Positions 19,866 through 29,163 of a DNA stretch of 64,000 nt are shown piece after piece; position 1 is the stretch's first letter, and the number at the start of each line of letters is the position of its first letter. Made by a program: the position numbers and the translations under genes. The notes below the pieces were generated by a model. The model ran no database searches. It was not told the DNA's origin and was given only the letters and a program-made list of their open reading frames with translations. The stretch comes from Bacteroidota bacterium (GTDB lineage: Bacteria > Bacteroidota > Bacteroidia > NS11-12g > UBA955): the NCBI GenBank assembly GCA_013205405.1, contig JABMMZ010000015.1, positions 1,647-65,646 on the forward strand, given 5' to 3'.

Positions 19866-20621
19866 CTAAACTTCCACCACCAAAGCCATTTTCTCTTTTA
19901 CGGCACTAATGGTTTCTATAAGCCCATGGCTTTCTTCTACACCATTGCCTATTACCAATACATCAGCTCCTGCTTGGTATAAGGCCAAGGCTGTTTGCGC
20001 ATTGCGAACGCCACCACCTATTATCAAAGGTAGTTTTACATGGGCACTTACTTTTTGAATCATTTTTTCAGAAATATGATTTTGTGCACCACTGCCAGCA
20101 TCCATATAAATACACTGCATTCCCATAAGTTTGCCTGCAAGGGCTGTGGCTACTGCAATATCTGGCTTATCGGCAGGTATGGGTTTGGTATTGCTAATAT
20201 AACTTACACTGGTTTCTCGTCCACCATCTATTAAAAGATAAGCTGTAGGCACTACATCTAAATTGCTAGCGGCCAATTGTGGTGCTGCTACTACTTGTTT
20301 GCCAATAAGGTATTCTGGATTTCGTCCACTAAGCAAGGATAAAAATAAAATACCATCTGCTTGAGGGTCTATCATAAATTCATTGCCAGGAAAAATATAA
20401 ACTGGCATAGTGCAATTACTTTGAATTGTGGAAATACATTCTGATAAAATACCATTGGTAACCAAACTGCCACCTACAAAAATAAAATCCACTTTATTTT
20501 TTTGACAAAGCTGTGCAATATTTGCTACACTCGTTTTTAACTGGTCGGGGTCAATAAGTACCGCTAAAGCCCTTTTATTTTCAGATTTTATGTTGTATAT
20601 TTGTTCTATAAAAAAATTCAT
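19866..20621 (-). CDS. geranylgeranylglyceryl/heptaprenylglyceryl phosphate synthase family (PcrB/GGGPS) protein
   Basis: TIM-barrel pattern FIFVGGS...YMDAGSGA...IIGGGVRN...GADVLVIGN, typical of PcrB/GGGPS. Confidence 0.8.
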   Translation of the reverse strand: MNFFIEQIYNIKSENKRALAVLIDPDQLKTSVANIAQLCQKNKVDFIFVGGSLVTNGILSECISTIQSNCTMPVYIFPGNEFMIDPQADGILFLSLLSGRNPEYLIGKQVVAAPQLAASNLDVVPTAYLLIDGGRETSVSYISNTKPIPADKPDIAVATALAGKLMGMQCIYMDAGSGAQNHISEKMIQKVSAHVKLPLIIGGGVRNAQTALALYQAGADVLVIGNGVEESHGLIETISAVKEKMALVVEV

Positions 20622-20789
20622 AATAATGCTTTATAATGCTTTAAATATGAGGGTAAAGGTAAAGCAATTTTATATAAAACAACGTGTTTGTTGAATAATT
20701 TTTGTTTTCAACATTGTAAAAATAGTGTCATTATAGGGTTATGCGTTTTCTGTGGAAAAGTCCATTTCGTTTTATGGTATGTATATAAG

Positions 20790-20797
20790 TAGTTTTG
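20790..20797 (+). promoter_or_regulatory. TAnnTTTG -7 motif upstream of nrdJ
   Basis: TAGTTTTG lies 93 nt upstream of ATG 20890. Confidence 0.3.
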
Positions 20798-20889
20798 AAA
20801 GACTTTAATGCAGAAAAATGCACTAAGGTCATTTTTATTTAAAACTAAACATAACAAACACACACCCAACATTAAACCAAGTTATTAGC

Positions 20890-23800
20890 ATGCAACAGAA
20901 TACAGATCAAATGAAAAAAGGACTCAAGTTTGAGCGCCAAAACACCAAAGATGGCATTGCCCCATTCGACCAATTTAAATACGAACTCCGCACTTCGGCT
21001 ATTAAAAACCCTAATGGCGATGTGGTATTTGAAATGAAGGACGTAGAAGTACCGGCTGCTTGGAGCCAAGTAGCTACGGATATATTAGCTCAAAAATATT
21101 TTAGACGTGCTGGTGTACCACAAGCAGATGGTTCACTAGGCGCAGAAACAAGCGTAAAACAAGTAGCACATAGACTAGCTGATTGCTGGAGAACATGGGG
21201 TGAAAAATATGGTTATTTTGCTTCTAATCAAGATGCACAAGTATTTTATGATGAGTTGGTTTACTCTATCATAGGACAACAATCTGCACCTAACTCACCA
21301 CAATGGTTCAATACCGGATTGCATTCTACTTATGGTATTACTGGTAAACCACAGGGGCATTATTATGTTGATCCAGAAACAGAAAAATTAAACCGTTCTA
21401 CATCTGCTTACGAAAGACCACAGCCGCATGCTTGCTTTATTCTTTCTGTAGATGATGATTTGGTAAACGAAGGTGGTATAATGGATTTATGGGTGCGCGA
21501 GGCACGTATATTTAAATACGGTTCAGGTGTTGGAACGAATTTTTCTAAAGTAAGAGGAAATGGCGAAAAATTAAGCGGTGGTGGTACATCAAGCGGTATT
21601 ATGTCGTTCTTAAAAATAGGCGATAGAGCTGCTGGTGCTATAAAAAGTGGTGGAACTACACGTAGAGCTGCTAAAATGGTATGTCTAGATTTAGACCATC
21701 CAGAAATAATGAGCTTTATTAATTGGAAAAAAAATGAAGAGCTTAAAGTAGCAGCCTTAATTGCAGCTGGTTATGCCAGCGATTACGAAGGCGAAGCTTA
21801 TGCCACTGTTTCTGGTCAAAACTCCAATAACTCTGTACGTATTCCTAATAAATTTTTTGAAGCCCTAAAACAAGATGGTAATTGGGATTTAATAGGAAGA
21901 GCAGATGGAAAAGTATTTAAAACCTTACCTGCCAAAGAAGTATGGGATGCTATAGGCGATGCCGCTTGGGCCTGTGCCGATCCTGGTGTGCAGTACGATG
22001 ATACTATTAACGAATGGCACACTTGCCCAGAAGGTGGTAGAATAAATGCTTCGAACCCTTGTTCAGAGTATATGTTTTTAGATAATACGGCTTGTAACTT
22101 AGCTTCTTTAAACTTAATGAAGTTTTTTGATGCTGAAAAATTGGAATTTGATATTGTTTCTTACGAATATGCTATCCGTTTGTGGACAGTAGTATTAGAG
22201 GTATCTGTATTAATGGCTCAATTTCCTAGCCAAGAGGTAGCACAATTAAGTTACGATTACCGTACCTTAGGATTAGGATATGCTAACTTAGGAACACTTT
22301 TAATGGTGTCTGGTATTCCTTACGATAGTCCTAAATCTTTTGCTATCTGTGGTGCTTTAACCTCAATTTTAACAGGTCAAGCGTATGCTACAAGTGCTGA
22401 AATGGCTGCTGCTAAAGGCACCTTCCGTATGTATGATAAGAACAAAAAACACATGATGCGTGTAATGCGCAATCACCGCTATGCGGCTTACAATACACCA
22501 TTGGCTTTTGAAGGATTAAGTATTCCTTCAGTATCTATCGATCCTCAATATTGCCCAGAAGATTTATTAAAATCTGCTTGCAATGCATGGGACAAAGCTT
22601 TGAGCCTTGGTGATAAATTTGGATACCGCAATGCACAAACTACAGTAATAGCCCCAACAGGTACTATTGGTTTGGTAATGGATTGTGATACTACTGGTAT
22701 TGAGCCAGATTTTGCCCTAGTTAAATTTAAAAAATTAAGTGGTGGTGGATACTTTAAAATTATTAACCAAGCTGTTCCAGCAGCATTAAAAACATTAGGA
22801 TACACTGTAGAAGAATCTAATACAATTGTTAATTATGCTAAAGGACATGCTACTTTAGAAGGTTGCCCATTTATTAACAGCGAAACTTTAAAAGCCAAAG
22901 GATTTGCAGAAGCAGATATTACCAATATAGAAGCTCAATTATTAAGAGCTTTTGATATTGATTTTGTATTCAATGTATTTACATTAGGTGAAGAAACCAT
23001 TGAAAAATTAGGATTTAAAGCTGCCCAATACAAAGAAGTAGATTTTAACCTATTACGAGCTTTAGGCTTTAAAGCCAGCGAAATAGAAGCTGCTAACGAA
23101 TATGTTACTGGTACTATGACCATAGAAGGTGCACCTTTCTTAAAAGAAGAGCACTATCCAGTATTTGATACAGCTAATAAATGTGGCAATAAAGGTACCC
23201 GTTTCTTACACGCCCACTCACACATTAAAATGATGGCTGCGGCACAACCCTTTATTTCAGGTGCTATATCAAAAACCATTAACTTACCAAACGAAGCAAC
23301 CGTAGAAGATATTAAATCATGCTACGAAATGAGTTGGAGCTTAGGTTTAAAAGCAAATGCTATTTACAGAGACGGTTCTAAATTATCTCAACCATTATCT
23401 AACAAATCGGATAAAAAAGAGGAGAAAGAAGAAACAGTAAGCGATGTAGTAGAAGCAGTAGAACGTGCAGTAGGCATCAACGCAACTACACGCGTAGAAG
23501 ACCTAACACCAGAAATAGTATTAGAAGCAGCACGTTTAATTATCAACAGCAATAACCCTGCTTTCAAACAACAATTATCTAATATTGCAACACGTAAAGT
23601 ATTGCCTAATAAACGCAAAGGCTTTACTCAAAAATCTAAAATAGATGGCAATACTATATTTGTAAGAACTGGTGAATACGAAGACGGTACATTAGGAGAA
23701 ATATTTGTAGATATGCATAAAGAGGGCGCTAGTTTCCGTTCATTAATGAACTGTTTTGCTATAGCTGTATCTATTGGTTTACAATATGGTGTGCCTTTAG

Positions 23801-24201
23801 AAGAGTATTATGAAAAATTCAGCTTTAGCCGTTTCGAACCAAGTGGAATGGTAGAAGGACATGCCAATATCAAATCTTCTACCTCGGTAGTCGACTTTAT
23901 ATTCCGTTTGTTAGGTTTTGAATATTTAAACAGACAAGACCAATTGCATATTAAACCAAAAATTGCAGACGAAATGCCTATAGTAGCTGATTACAATTTA
24001 GCTCAAAATGAAATTAAACAGCCAGTATTAGCAGACGCAGTAAAACCAGCTGTTACTAGCCATGTAGTAAAAAGAGTAGCTGCTGCTACACCACCTACTA
24101 TGGGCGATGCACCAGCATGCAAAAGTTGCGGCAATATTACCATGCGCTCTGGCACCTGTTACACTTGCTTAACTTGCGGTACTACAAGCGGTTGCAGTTA
24201 G
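20890..24201 (+). CDS. nrdJ: class II (adenosylcobalamin-dependent) ribonucleotide reductase
   Basis: 1103 aa. Active-site NPCSEYMFLDNTACNLASLNL, TVIAPTGTI, AISKTINLP, and a Cys-rich tail CKSCGNITMRSGTCYTCLTCGTTSGC. Confidence 0.93.
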   Translation: MQQNTDQMKKGLKFERQNTKDGIAPFDQFKYELRTSAIKNPNGDVVFEMKDVEVPAAWSQVATDILAQKYFRRAGVPQADGSLGAETSVKQVAHRLADCWRTWGEKYGYFASNQDAQVFYDELVYSIIGQQSAPNSPQWFNTGLHSTYGITGKPQGHYYVDPETEKLNRSTSAYERPQPHACFILSVDDDLVNEGGIMDLWVREARIFKYGSGVGTNFSKVRGNGEKLSGGGTSSGIMSFLKIGDRAAGAIKSGGTTRRAAKMVCLDLDHPEIMSFINWKKNEELKVAALIAAGYASDYEGEAYATVSGQNSNNSVRIPNKFFEALKQDGNWDLIGRADGKVFKTLPAKEVWDAIGDAAWACADPGVQYDDTINEWHTCPEGGRINASNPCSEYMFLDNTACNLASLNLMKFFDAEKLEFDIVSYEYAIRLWTVVLEVSVLMAQFPSQEVAQLSYDYRTLGLGYANLGTLLMVSGIPYDSPKSFAICGALTSILTGQAYATSAEMAAAKGTFRMYDKNKKHMMRVMRNHRYAAYNTPLAFEGLSIPSVSIDPQYCPEDLLKSACNAWDKALSLGDKFGYRNAQTTVIAPTGTIGLVMDCDTTGIEPDFALVKFKKLSGGGYFKIINQAVPAALKTLGYTVEESNTIVNYAKGHATLEGCPFINSETLKAKGFAEADITNIEAQLLRAFDIDFVFNVFTLGEETIEKLGFKAAQYKEVDFNLLRALGFKASEIEAANEYVTGTMTIEGAPFLKEEHYPVFDTANKCGNKGTRFLHAHSHIKMMAAAQPFISGAISKTINLPNEATVEDIKSCYEMSWSLGLKANAIYRDGSKLSQPLSNKSDKKEEKEETVSDVVEAVERAVGINATTRVEDLTPEIVLEAARLIINSNNPAFKQQLSNIATRKVLPNKRKGFTQKSKIDGNTIFVRTGEYEDGTLGEIFVDMHKEGASFRSLMNCFAIAVSIGLQYGVPLEEYYEKFSFSRFEPSGMVEGHANIKSSTSVVDFIFRLLGFEYLNRQDQLHIKPKIADEMPIVADYNLAQNEIKQPVLADAVKPAVTSHVVKRVAAATPPTMGDAPACKSCGNITMRSGTCYTCLTCGTTSGCS

Positions 24202-24223
24202 GCAATAGCTAAACTAATTATAG

Positions 24224-24254
24224 AAAAGGGAACCTGTGAGAGTTCCTTTTTTTT
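24224..24254 (+). terminator. terminator-like hairpin after nrdJ
   Basis: GGAAC (24229-24233) / GTTCC (24242-24246) extended by A/T pairs, followed by 8 T (24247-24254). Confidence 0.55.
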
Positions 24255-24278
24255 GTAATAAAGAAAATAAAATATTTA

Positions 24279-24377
24279 GGGCGTATCCCTGCCAGAGCCA
24301 AGGGTCTGGCTATTCGCTTGAAGTCCTCGCTTCGCTTTGGGCTACCGCTTCTATCCCTTACGCAGGCTGTCGCCAGT
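24279..24377. repeat. about 100-bp GC-rich REP-like intergenic element
   Basis: GGGCGTATCCCTGCCAGAGCCAAGGGTCTGGCTATTCGCTTGAAGTCCTCGCTTCGCTTTGGGCTACCGCTTCTATCCCTTACGCAGGCTGTCGCCAGT. Internal repeats are TATCCCT x2 and GGCTA..(C)GCTT x2, with hairpin CCAGA-N8-TCTGG. The composition contrasts sharply with the AT-rich flanks. Confidence 0.6.
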
Positions 24378-24514
24378 AAATTTACATGGAATACTTTGGT
24401 TTTAAATAAACTGATAAAACTAATTTTAATAAATAATATAGATTCATGTGGTTAAAACGTTATGAGAATCGTGGATAAAGTAGGTTATTCGTGAATTACT
24501 ATAAAAAAGTATCC

Positions 24515-24967
24515 ATGCCTTTTAAAACCTTACTTCCTAAACTCGGTTTTCAACCAAAAGAAAACACGTCTGGAATATTTGTTAAAAAATATACCGATGG
24601 ATATACTATTGAAGTAAATTATGAAAAACAAACTTTTTATTTTGGAGGTAAAATAAAAGTATATGACAAGGATATTCAAAATATAATTAAGCCAGAAGAT
24701 TGGATAGTATTAGAATGTATGGATAGGTTACTTACAACAGAATATAAACCTGAAAATATTTCTTTAGAAAAAGTGTATCCTTCTGGCCATGGATTTTCTG
24801 GAAGATTAGATATTTGTGTTACACGAGAATATGGTTCAGAATATTTATTAATTATAAGTAATAGTTATTTATTGGGCGTTAAATTTGAGTATATAATATT
24901 TCACCGCCCTATTTTTAAGCTTCTACATATTTTTTTGTTTAAAAGTTTGCTCAAGTCAAAAAAGTAG
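24515..24967 (+). pseudogene. N-terminal remnant of a restriction-modification enzyme (HsdR_N / PD-(D/E)xK-type domain)
   Basis: MPFKTLLPKLGFQPKENTSGIF.KKY...EDWIVLECMDRLLTTEYKPENISLEKVYPSGHGFSGRLDICVTREYGSEYLLI resembles the N-terminus of about 1000-aa type IIG / type I-like enzymes. The expected ECK catalytic triplet reads SNS, and the ORF dies about 35 codons later. Confidence 0.5.
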
Positions 24968-24969
24968 TC

Positions 24970-24977
24970 TATTTTTG
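24970..24977 (+). promoter_or_regulatory. TAnnTTTG -7 motif upstream of rpmH
   Basis: TATTTTTG lies 27 nt before ATG 25004. Confidence 0.45.
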
Positions 24978-25003
24978 CAGTCCTTTTTAAAAAAAACCAC
25001 GAG

Positions 25004-25162
25004 ATGAAACGTACATTCCAACCTTCACAACGCAAAAGACGTAACAAACACGGCTTCAGAGAAAGAATGGCTTCTGCCAACGGCAGAAAAGTAATAGCAG
25101 CCCGAAGAAAACGTGGTAGAAAACGTTTAACTGTATCTTGTGAGCCTCGTCACAAACGCTAG
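25004..25162 (+). CDS. rpmH: 50S ribosomal protein L34
   Basis: Below the track cutoff. It translates to [52 protein letters not shown]. Confidence 0.97.
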   Translation: MKRTFQPSQRKRRNKHGFRERMASANGRKVIAARRKRGRKRLTVSCEPRHKR

Positions 25163-25194
25163 TTTTAGAGTTTAATTATTCCCATTATTTCAGT

Positions 25195-25575
25195 ATGGGT
25201 GATACACTACGCAATACTTTAACGAAGCAAGAACGTTTAACCAATGTTAAACTTATTGAGAATCTTTACAAAATAAATGAAAGTGCTAAAGCCTTTCCTT
25301 TAATTCTTGTTTATAATTACCATACTATTGAGAACATTACGCAAGTAATGTTCTCTGTTTCTAAAAAGAAATTTAAAAGGGCCGTTGACAGAAACAAAAT
25401 AAAGCGCCTTATGAAAGAGTGCTACAGATTACAAAAGCATCACTTTTATAGCGCATTAGAAGGCAAAACTATCTATGGCTCATTAATGTATACCGGTAGC
25501 GAAATTCCAAGTTACGAACTTATTTTTAAAACATTTGAAAAACTAATTGCTAAGCTGAATGAAAAAAATGGGTAG
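25195..25575 (+). CDS. rnpA: ribonuclease P protein component
   Basis: Follows rpmH as in most bacteria. RNR-type motif [18 protein letters not shown]. Confidence 0.9.
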   Translation: MGDTLRNTLTKQERLTNVKLIENLYKINESAKAFPLILVYNYHTIENITQVMFSVSKKKFKRAVDRNKIKRLMKECYRLQKHHFYSALEGKTIYGSLMYTGSEIPSYELIFKTFEKLIAKLNEKNG

Positions 25576-25780
25576 TTATTTAGGTATTTTTTTAATAAAA
25601 ATATACCAATATGTTTTATCCCCCTTGCTATCGCCATCATGTAGATATATCCCAACATGTAGCCAATATGGCATAGAAGCGCTTAAAAAATATGGTTTAC
25701 TAAAAGGGGGTTTTTTAACAATCAAAAGAATTTTAAGGTGCCATCCCAAAGGCGGTAGTGGCTTCGACCCTGTTCCCTAA
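25559..25780 (+). CDS. yidD: membrane protein insertion efficiency factor YidD
   Basis: [29 protein letters not shown]...RILRCHP; overlaps the rnpA end. Confidence 0.93.
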   Translation: MKKMGSYLGIFLIKIYQYVLSPLLSPSCRYIPTCSQYGIEALKKYGLLKGGFLTIKRILRCHPKGGSGFDPVP

Positions 25781-25800
25781 ACGTTGGTCGAAAACTTAAA

Positions 25801-26133
25801 TTAAAGTTTTAATTCAATATTTGGGTCCCAAAAATGACTTTTAAAGTCCTGAATTTGGTCGTTTAAAACAGTAATTTCCTCGCTTTCTAATAATTCTTTC
25901 ATTCTTTCACCACCAAAATGAACTTTGCCTGTCAATAAGCCATTTCTATTGACTACGCGGTGTGCAGGTATTTTTTCTGCCAATGAATGGCTTTGGTTCA
26001 TGGCCCAGCCAACCATACGGCTGCTGCGTTTGGCGCCCAGGTATTTTGCAATGGCACCATAGCTTGTTACCTTGCCATAAGGTATCAATTTAACGACTTG
26101 AAATACATTTTCAAAAAAATTTTCGTTTGTCAT
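25801..26133 (-). CDS. MGMT-family DNA-binding protein lacking the acceptor cysteine (alkyltransferase-like, ATL)
   Basis: IPYGKVTSYGAIAKYLG...SRMVGWAM, and PAHRVVN in place of the PCHRV active site. Confidence 0.8.
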   Translation of the reverse strand: MTNENFFENVFQVVKLIPYGKVTSYGAIAKYLGAKRSSRMVGWAMNQSHSLAEKIPAHRVVNRNGLLTGKVHFGGERMKELLESEEITVLNDQIQDFKSHFWDPNIELKL

Positions 26134-26192
26134 AATTTTGTAAGGAAACTATTTTGGCAAAATTCTTGTCTTACTATTTCATAAAATAATTA

Positions 26193-26200
26193 TATTTTTG
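26193..26200 (+). promoter_or_regulatory. TAnnTTTG -7 motif upstream of the thioredoxin-like gene
   Basis: TATTTTTG overlaps the TTG at which the track ORF opens (26198). ATG 26213 (MKKLQIL...) is therefore the likely start. Confidence 0.4.
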
Positions 26201-26212
26201 CGTAAAGTTAAT

Positions 26213-27856
26213 ATGAAAAAATTACAAATCTTAAATTTCCTGCTATTGATAAGCTTCTTTGGCTTATTGAATATAGCAAATGCACAAACAACAAAAAAAC
26301 CAGCAGCTAAAAAAGTAGCCCCTAATCCTCCAAAAGTAATATTTAAAAAAGCAGAAGGACCAGATGCTGCCTCTAATTTTAAAACAAAACCTACACCACC
26401 TGAGTTAAATCCTAATTTTTTAGGCAGATTCCCGGGCAGTTATAACATTAAAGTAAAAATAAAAGGTTTAAAAAACGTAAAAATTTACTTAGCAGATAAT
26501 TTTGGTGATAAGCAATATTATAGAGATACCTGTTATTTAGATGCCAAAGGCATGGGTGCATTTAATGGTAATCCTAAATTACAACGTGGTATGTACATGA
26601 TAGTTTTCCCTGAAGCAGCAGGCTATTACGAATTACCAATTACTGATGATCAAGATTTTTCTTTTGACGCAGATACCAGTTTAGATGATACCAAAATTAA
26701 AATTTTAGGTTCGTTAGAAAATGAAGCTTTTGTAGGCTATCAAAAAAATAGAAGAGCCTATGGTGAGAAAAGATTTAAATTAGAAAATGAATACAAAAAA
26801 GTCAAAGCAGACAATAATGAAGACGAAAAGAAAAGAATTTCTACTTTAATAGATACGCTTGAGGCTGTCGATGTGCGTTATAGAAATAGTTATTCAAAAA
26901 CCAATCCTACGCATTTATTAACTAAATTATTTACTGCATTTAAATCTATAGGTATTCCTGCACATGATAAAAAAGACAGTATGTTTGAGTATAATTACTA
27001 TAAAAATCATTACTGGGATAATATAGATTTTAGTGAAGATGGTTTAATACGCGCGCCCCAAGGCTTATTGGTGATTAAAATAAATGATTATATTGATAAA
27101 ATATCATTTCAAGATCCTGATAGTTTGGTACAAAGTGTAGATTTTATAATCAATAAAACCAAACCTTATACTGAAATAAATAAATTTTTTATCCAATATA
27201 TTACCAATAAGTTTCAAGATAGAAAAATAATGTGCCAAGATAATGTAACGGTGCATTTAATTAATAAATACTATTGTACCGGTCGCACTTGGTGGTATGA
27301 TGATACGGCTAATTTGAGAAAAATGTGCGAAGAAAGTAAAAAAGCAGTGCCAACAATGTGTGGTAGAACTGCCCCTGATATCAAATTAATGGATACTGCA
27401 GGCATATACCGTACCTTGTATGAAAACTTAGGCTTGTATACTATTCTGTTTTATTACGATCCTACCTGCGGGCACTGTAAAGAGGTAATACCAGTGGTGC
27501 AAGTGGTGCATCAAAAATTAAAACAATATGGCATTAAAGTGTATGCTGTATCAACAGAAAATAAATATGACGAATGGCGCGATATGATGCGTAAAAAACC
27601 TGAATTGAATGAATGGGTAAACGTATGCAAAACCAATAGAGAATACAATTGGGTAATGAATAAATTGGCCTATAATATTGTATCAAATCCTACATTATTT
27701 GTATTGGATAAGGAAGCTAAGATAATAGGTAAAAAAATAGATGAACATCAATTGGAGTTTTTCTTATTGTCATTGCTATATGAAAAAGGTATAGTGAAAG
27801 AAAAACCAAATCCACCGTTGGAAAAGAAAGAAGAAAAGAAACCAGTGGAAAATTAA
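26213..27856 (+). CDS. secreted thioredoxin-fold (TlpA/ResA-like) protein with a large N-terminal domain
   Basis: Signal peptide ending NAQ. C-terminal thioredoxin fold with YYDPTCGHCKE (CxxC). Confidence 0.7.
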   Translation: MKKLQILNFLLLISFFGLLNIANAQTTKKPAAKKVAPNPPKVIFKKAEGPDAASNFKTKPTPPELNPNFLGRFPGSYNIKVKIKGLKNVKIYLADNFGDKQYYRDTCYLDAKGMGAFNGNPKLQRGMYMIVFPEAAGYYELPITDDQDFSFDADTSLDDTKIKILGSLENEAFVGYQKNRRAYGEKRFKLENEYKKVKADNNEDEKKRISTLIDTLEAVDVRYRNSYSKTNPTHLLTKLFTAFKSIGIPAHDKKDSMFEYNYYKNHYWDNIDFSEDGLIRAPQGLLVIKINDYIDKISFQDPDSLVQSVDFIINKTKPYTEINKFFIQYITNKFQDRKIMCQDNVTVHLINKYYCTGRTWWYDDTANLRKMCEESKKAVPTMCGRTAPDIKLMDTAGIYRTLYENLGLYTILFYYDPTCGHCKEVIPVVQVVHQKLKQYGIKVYAVSTENKYDEWRDMMRKKPELNEWVNVCKTNREYNWVMNKLAYNIVSNPTLFVLDKEAKIIGKKIDEHQLEFFLLSLLYEKGIVKEKPNPPLEKKEEKKPVEN

Positions 27857-27863
27857 AAACTAT

Positions 27864-27895
27864 AAAAAAACCTCTGATTTATTTGAGGTTTTTTT
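27864..27895. terminator. bidirectional terminator between convergent genes
   Basis: AAAAACCTC (27866-27874) / GAGGTTTTT (27885-27893), flanked by A-run and T-run. It overlaps the stop of the minus-strand gene. Confidence 0.65.
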
Positions 27896-28583
27896 ATTTA
27901 GAATCTATTAATTTTTTGACTCTTCTGTAGATTTCTCCTGTTTTAAGCTGTAAACCAAAGGTATAAAAAGCGCCATTGTAATCATGGTTAGAACTTAAAG
28001 AATAACGAGAGCCAATGCCAGCACCTAGCCAAAGCCACCATTTGAGTTTGTAGCTAACATTTAAGCCTACTTCTAATGGCAGCAGAATGGGGGTTTCTTT
28101 TTTAATGAGTTTTTCGTTACGCGTTAATGTATTATAACCCGAGCCTATGCCCATAGCTAAAGGTAAAGCTAAACGCCAACGTTTGTTATTGAAAAAGACA
28201 TATTCGCATCCGAAATTTATATATGAAAGACCGTATTTAGAAAATACCGTATTTGTATCAGAACTACCAACAGGTGCAGTAGGGTTTTCTTTTATTGTCT
28301 TTTGGTTATTATAGGTCCAGTATAATGCTACGTATAGGCTTGTTCGTCTGTTATATTGATAACCACCTTGCAGACCAAACATTTTAATATTTAAATCACT
28401 TACCAAGTTGTTTTTACCATCTAAACTTACAAAAAATTTCTTTTTTTGTTTTAAATCAAATTTAATACTATCAAACATATGCCTAAGTTGTGCATTAGCT
28501 GTATTACAAATAATTAGAATGGTTATCAGGAATATTTTTTTCAGAATTTTTTTTTGCAAAAATAAAACTAAAATTATTAGCAT
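27894..28583 (-). CDS. hypothetical outer-membrane beta-barrel protein
   Basis: Signal peptide ending NAQ. Alternating strands with G/Y/W-rich turns (WWLWLGAGIGSRYSL). Confidence 0.45.
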   Translation of the reverse strand: MLIILVLFLQKKILKKIFLITILIICNTANAQLRHMFDSIKFDLKQKKKFFVSLDGKNNLVSDLNIKMFGLQGGYQYNRRTSLYVALYWTYNNQKTIKENPTAPVGSSDTNTVFSKYGLSYINFGCEYVFFNNKRWRLALPLAMGIGSGYNTLTRNEKLIKKETPILLPLEVGLNVSYKLKWWLWLGAGIGSRYSLSSNHDYNGAFYTFGLQLKTGEIYRRVKKLIDSK

Positions 28584-28605
28584 AATAAAAAGATATTTGC
28601 CCTAA

Positions 28606-29163
28606 ATGTTAATATTTATAGAAATAGCGGCTGTATTATTCACTTTTTTGTACCTTTATTTTATTGGTAAAAAGCAAGCATTCGGTTGGCTAATGGGTAT
28701 TTTAGCTTCTGTGTTAAGTCTATTTTTTTTTTATATTAAAGGTTATTATGGCTCTGCAGTATTAAATTTCGTTTATATTTTTCAAGGATTAGTTGGTTTT
28801 TTATATTGGAAAAAACTCGCAATAGAAAAACCTGTGAAATACTATTTTAAACTAACAGACCATTTTCTTTTGTTAGCAATTATAACCTTGTTATATTTAG
28901 TATTAAGATGGATATTAAATCAATTAGGTATTAAAGATTTAAAAAATATTGATATTATTTTATCGTGTGGATGTATAGTGGCTACTTACCTTGAAATTAA
29001 AAAGGACACCAGCTGTTGGTGGTATTGGATGGTTTTAAATATTTTTTTCTCTATGTATTATTTTAATGGAAATATGCCTATTTATGCAGGATTAATGGTT
29101 GTATTAGCTGTATTTTCTTATTGGGCACTAAGGCAATGGAACAAAAAAAGTGTGTTGAATTAA
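28606..29163 (+). CDS. pnuC: nicotinamide riboside transporter PnuC-like membrane protein
   Basis: 185 aa, about 6-7 TM. Trp-rich helices (FGWLMGILAS, CWWYWMVLNIFF) as in PnuC. Confidence 0.55.
   Translation: MLIFIEIAAVLFTFLYLYFIGKKQAFGWLMGILASVLSLFFFYIKGYYGSAVLNFVYIFQGLVGFLYWKKLAIEKPVKYYFKLTDHFLLLAIITLLYLVLRWILNQLGIKDLKNIDIILSCGCIVATYLEIKKDTSCWWYWMVLNIFFSMYYFNGNMPIYAGLMVVLAVFSYWALRQWNKKSVLN

Noticed and set aside
20640-20889. Cobalamin riboswitch or NrdR box in the long nrdJ leader.
   Set aside because: There is no B12-box-like core (GCCACTG) or conserved riboswitch helices, and no 16-bp NrdR-type palindrome. Only a generic 7-bp inverted repeat and a TAnnTTTG motif are present.
20890-24201. 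Intein in the 1103-aa NrdJ.
   Set aside because: No Cys/Ser...His-Asn splice-junction blocks or endonuclease motifs are present. The extra length comes from the helical insertion and C-terminal tail common to long NrdJ forms.
26152-26166. Sigma-54 promoter-like TGGCAA-N5-TTGT upstream of the thioredoxin-fold gene.
   Set aside because: The critical -12 GC is GT and the -24 element is imperfect. A standard TAnnTTTG motif lies 27 nt downstream and explains transcription more simply.
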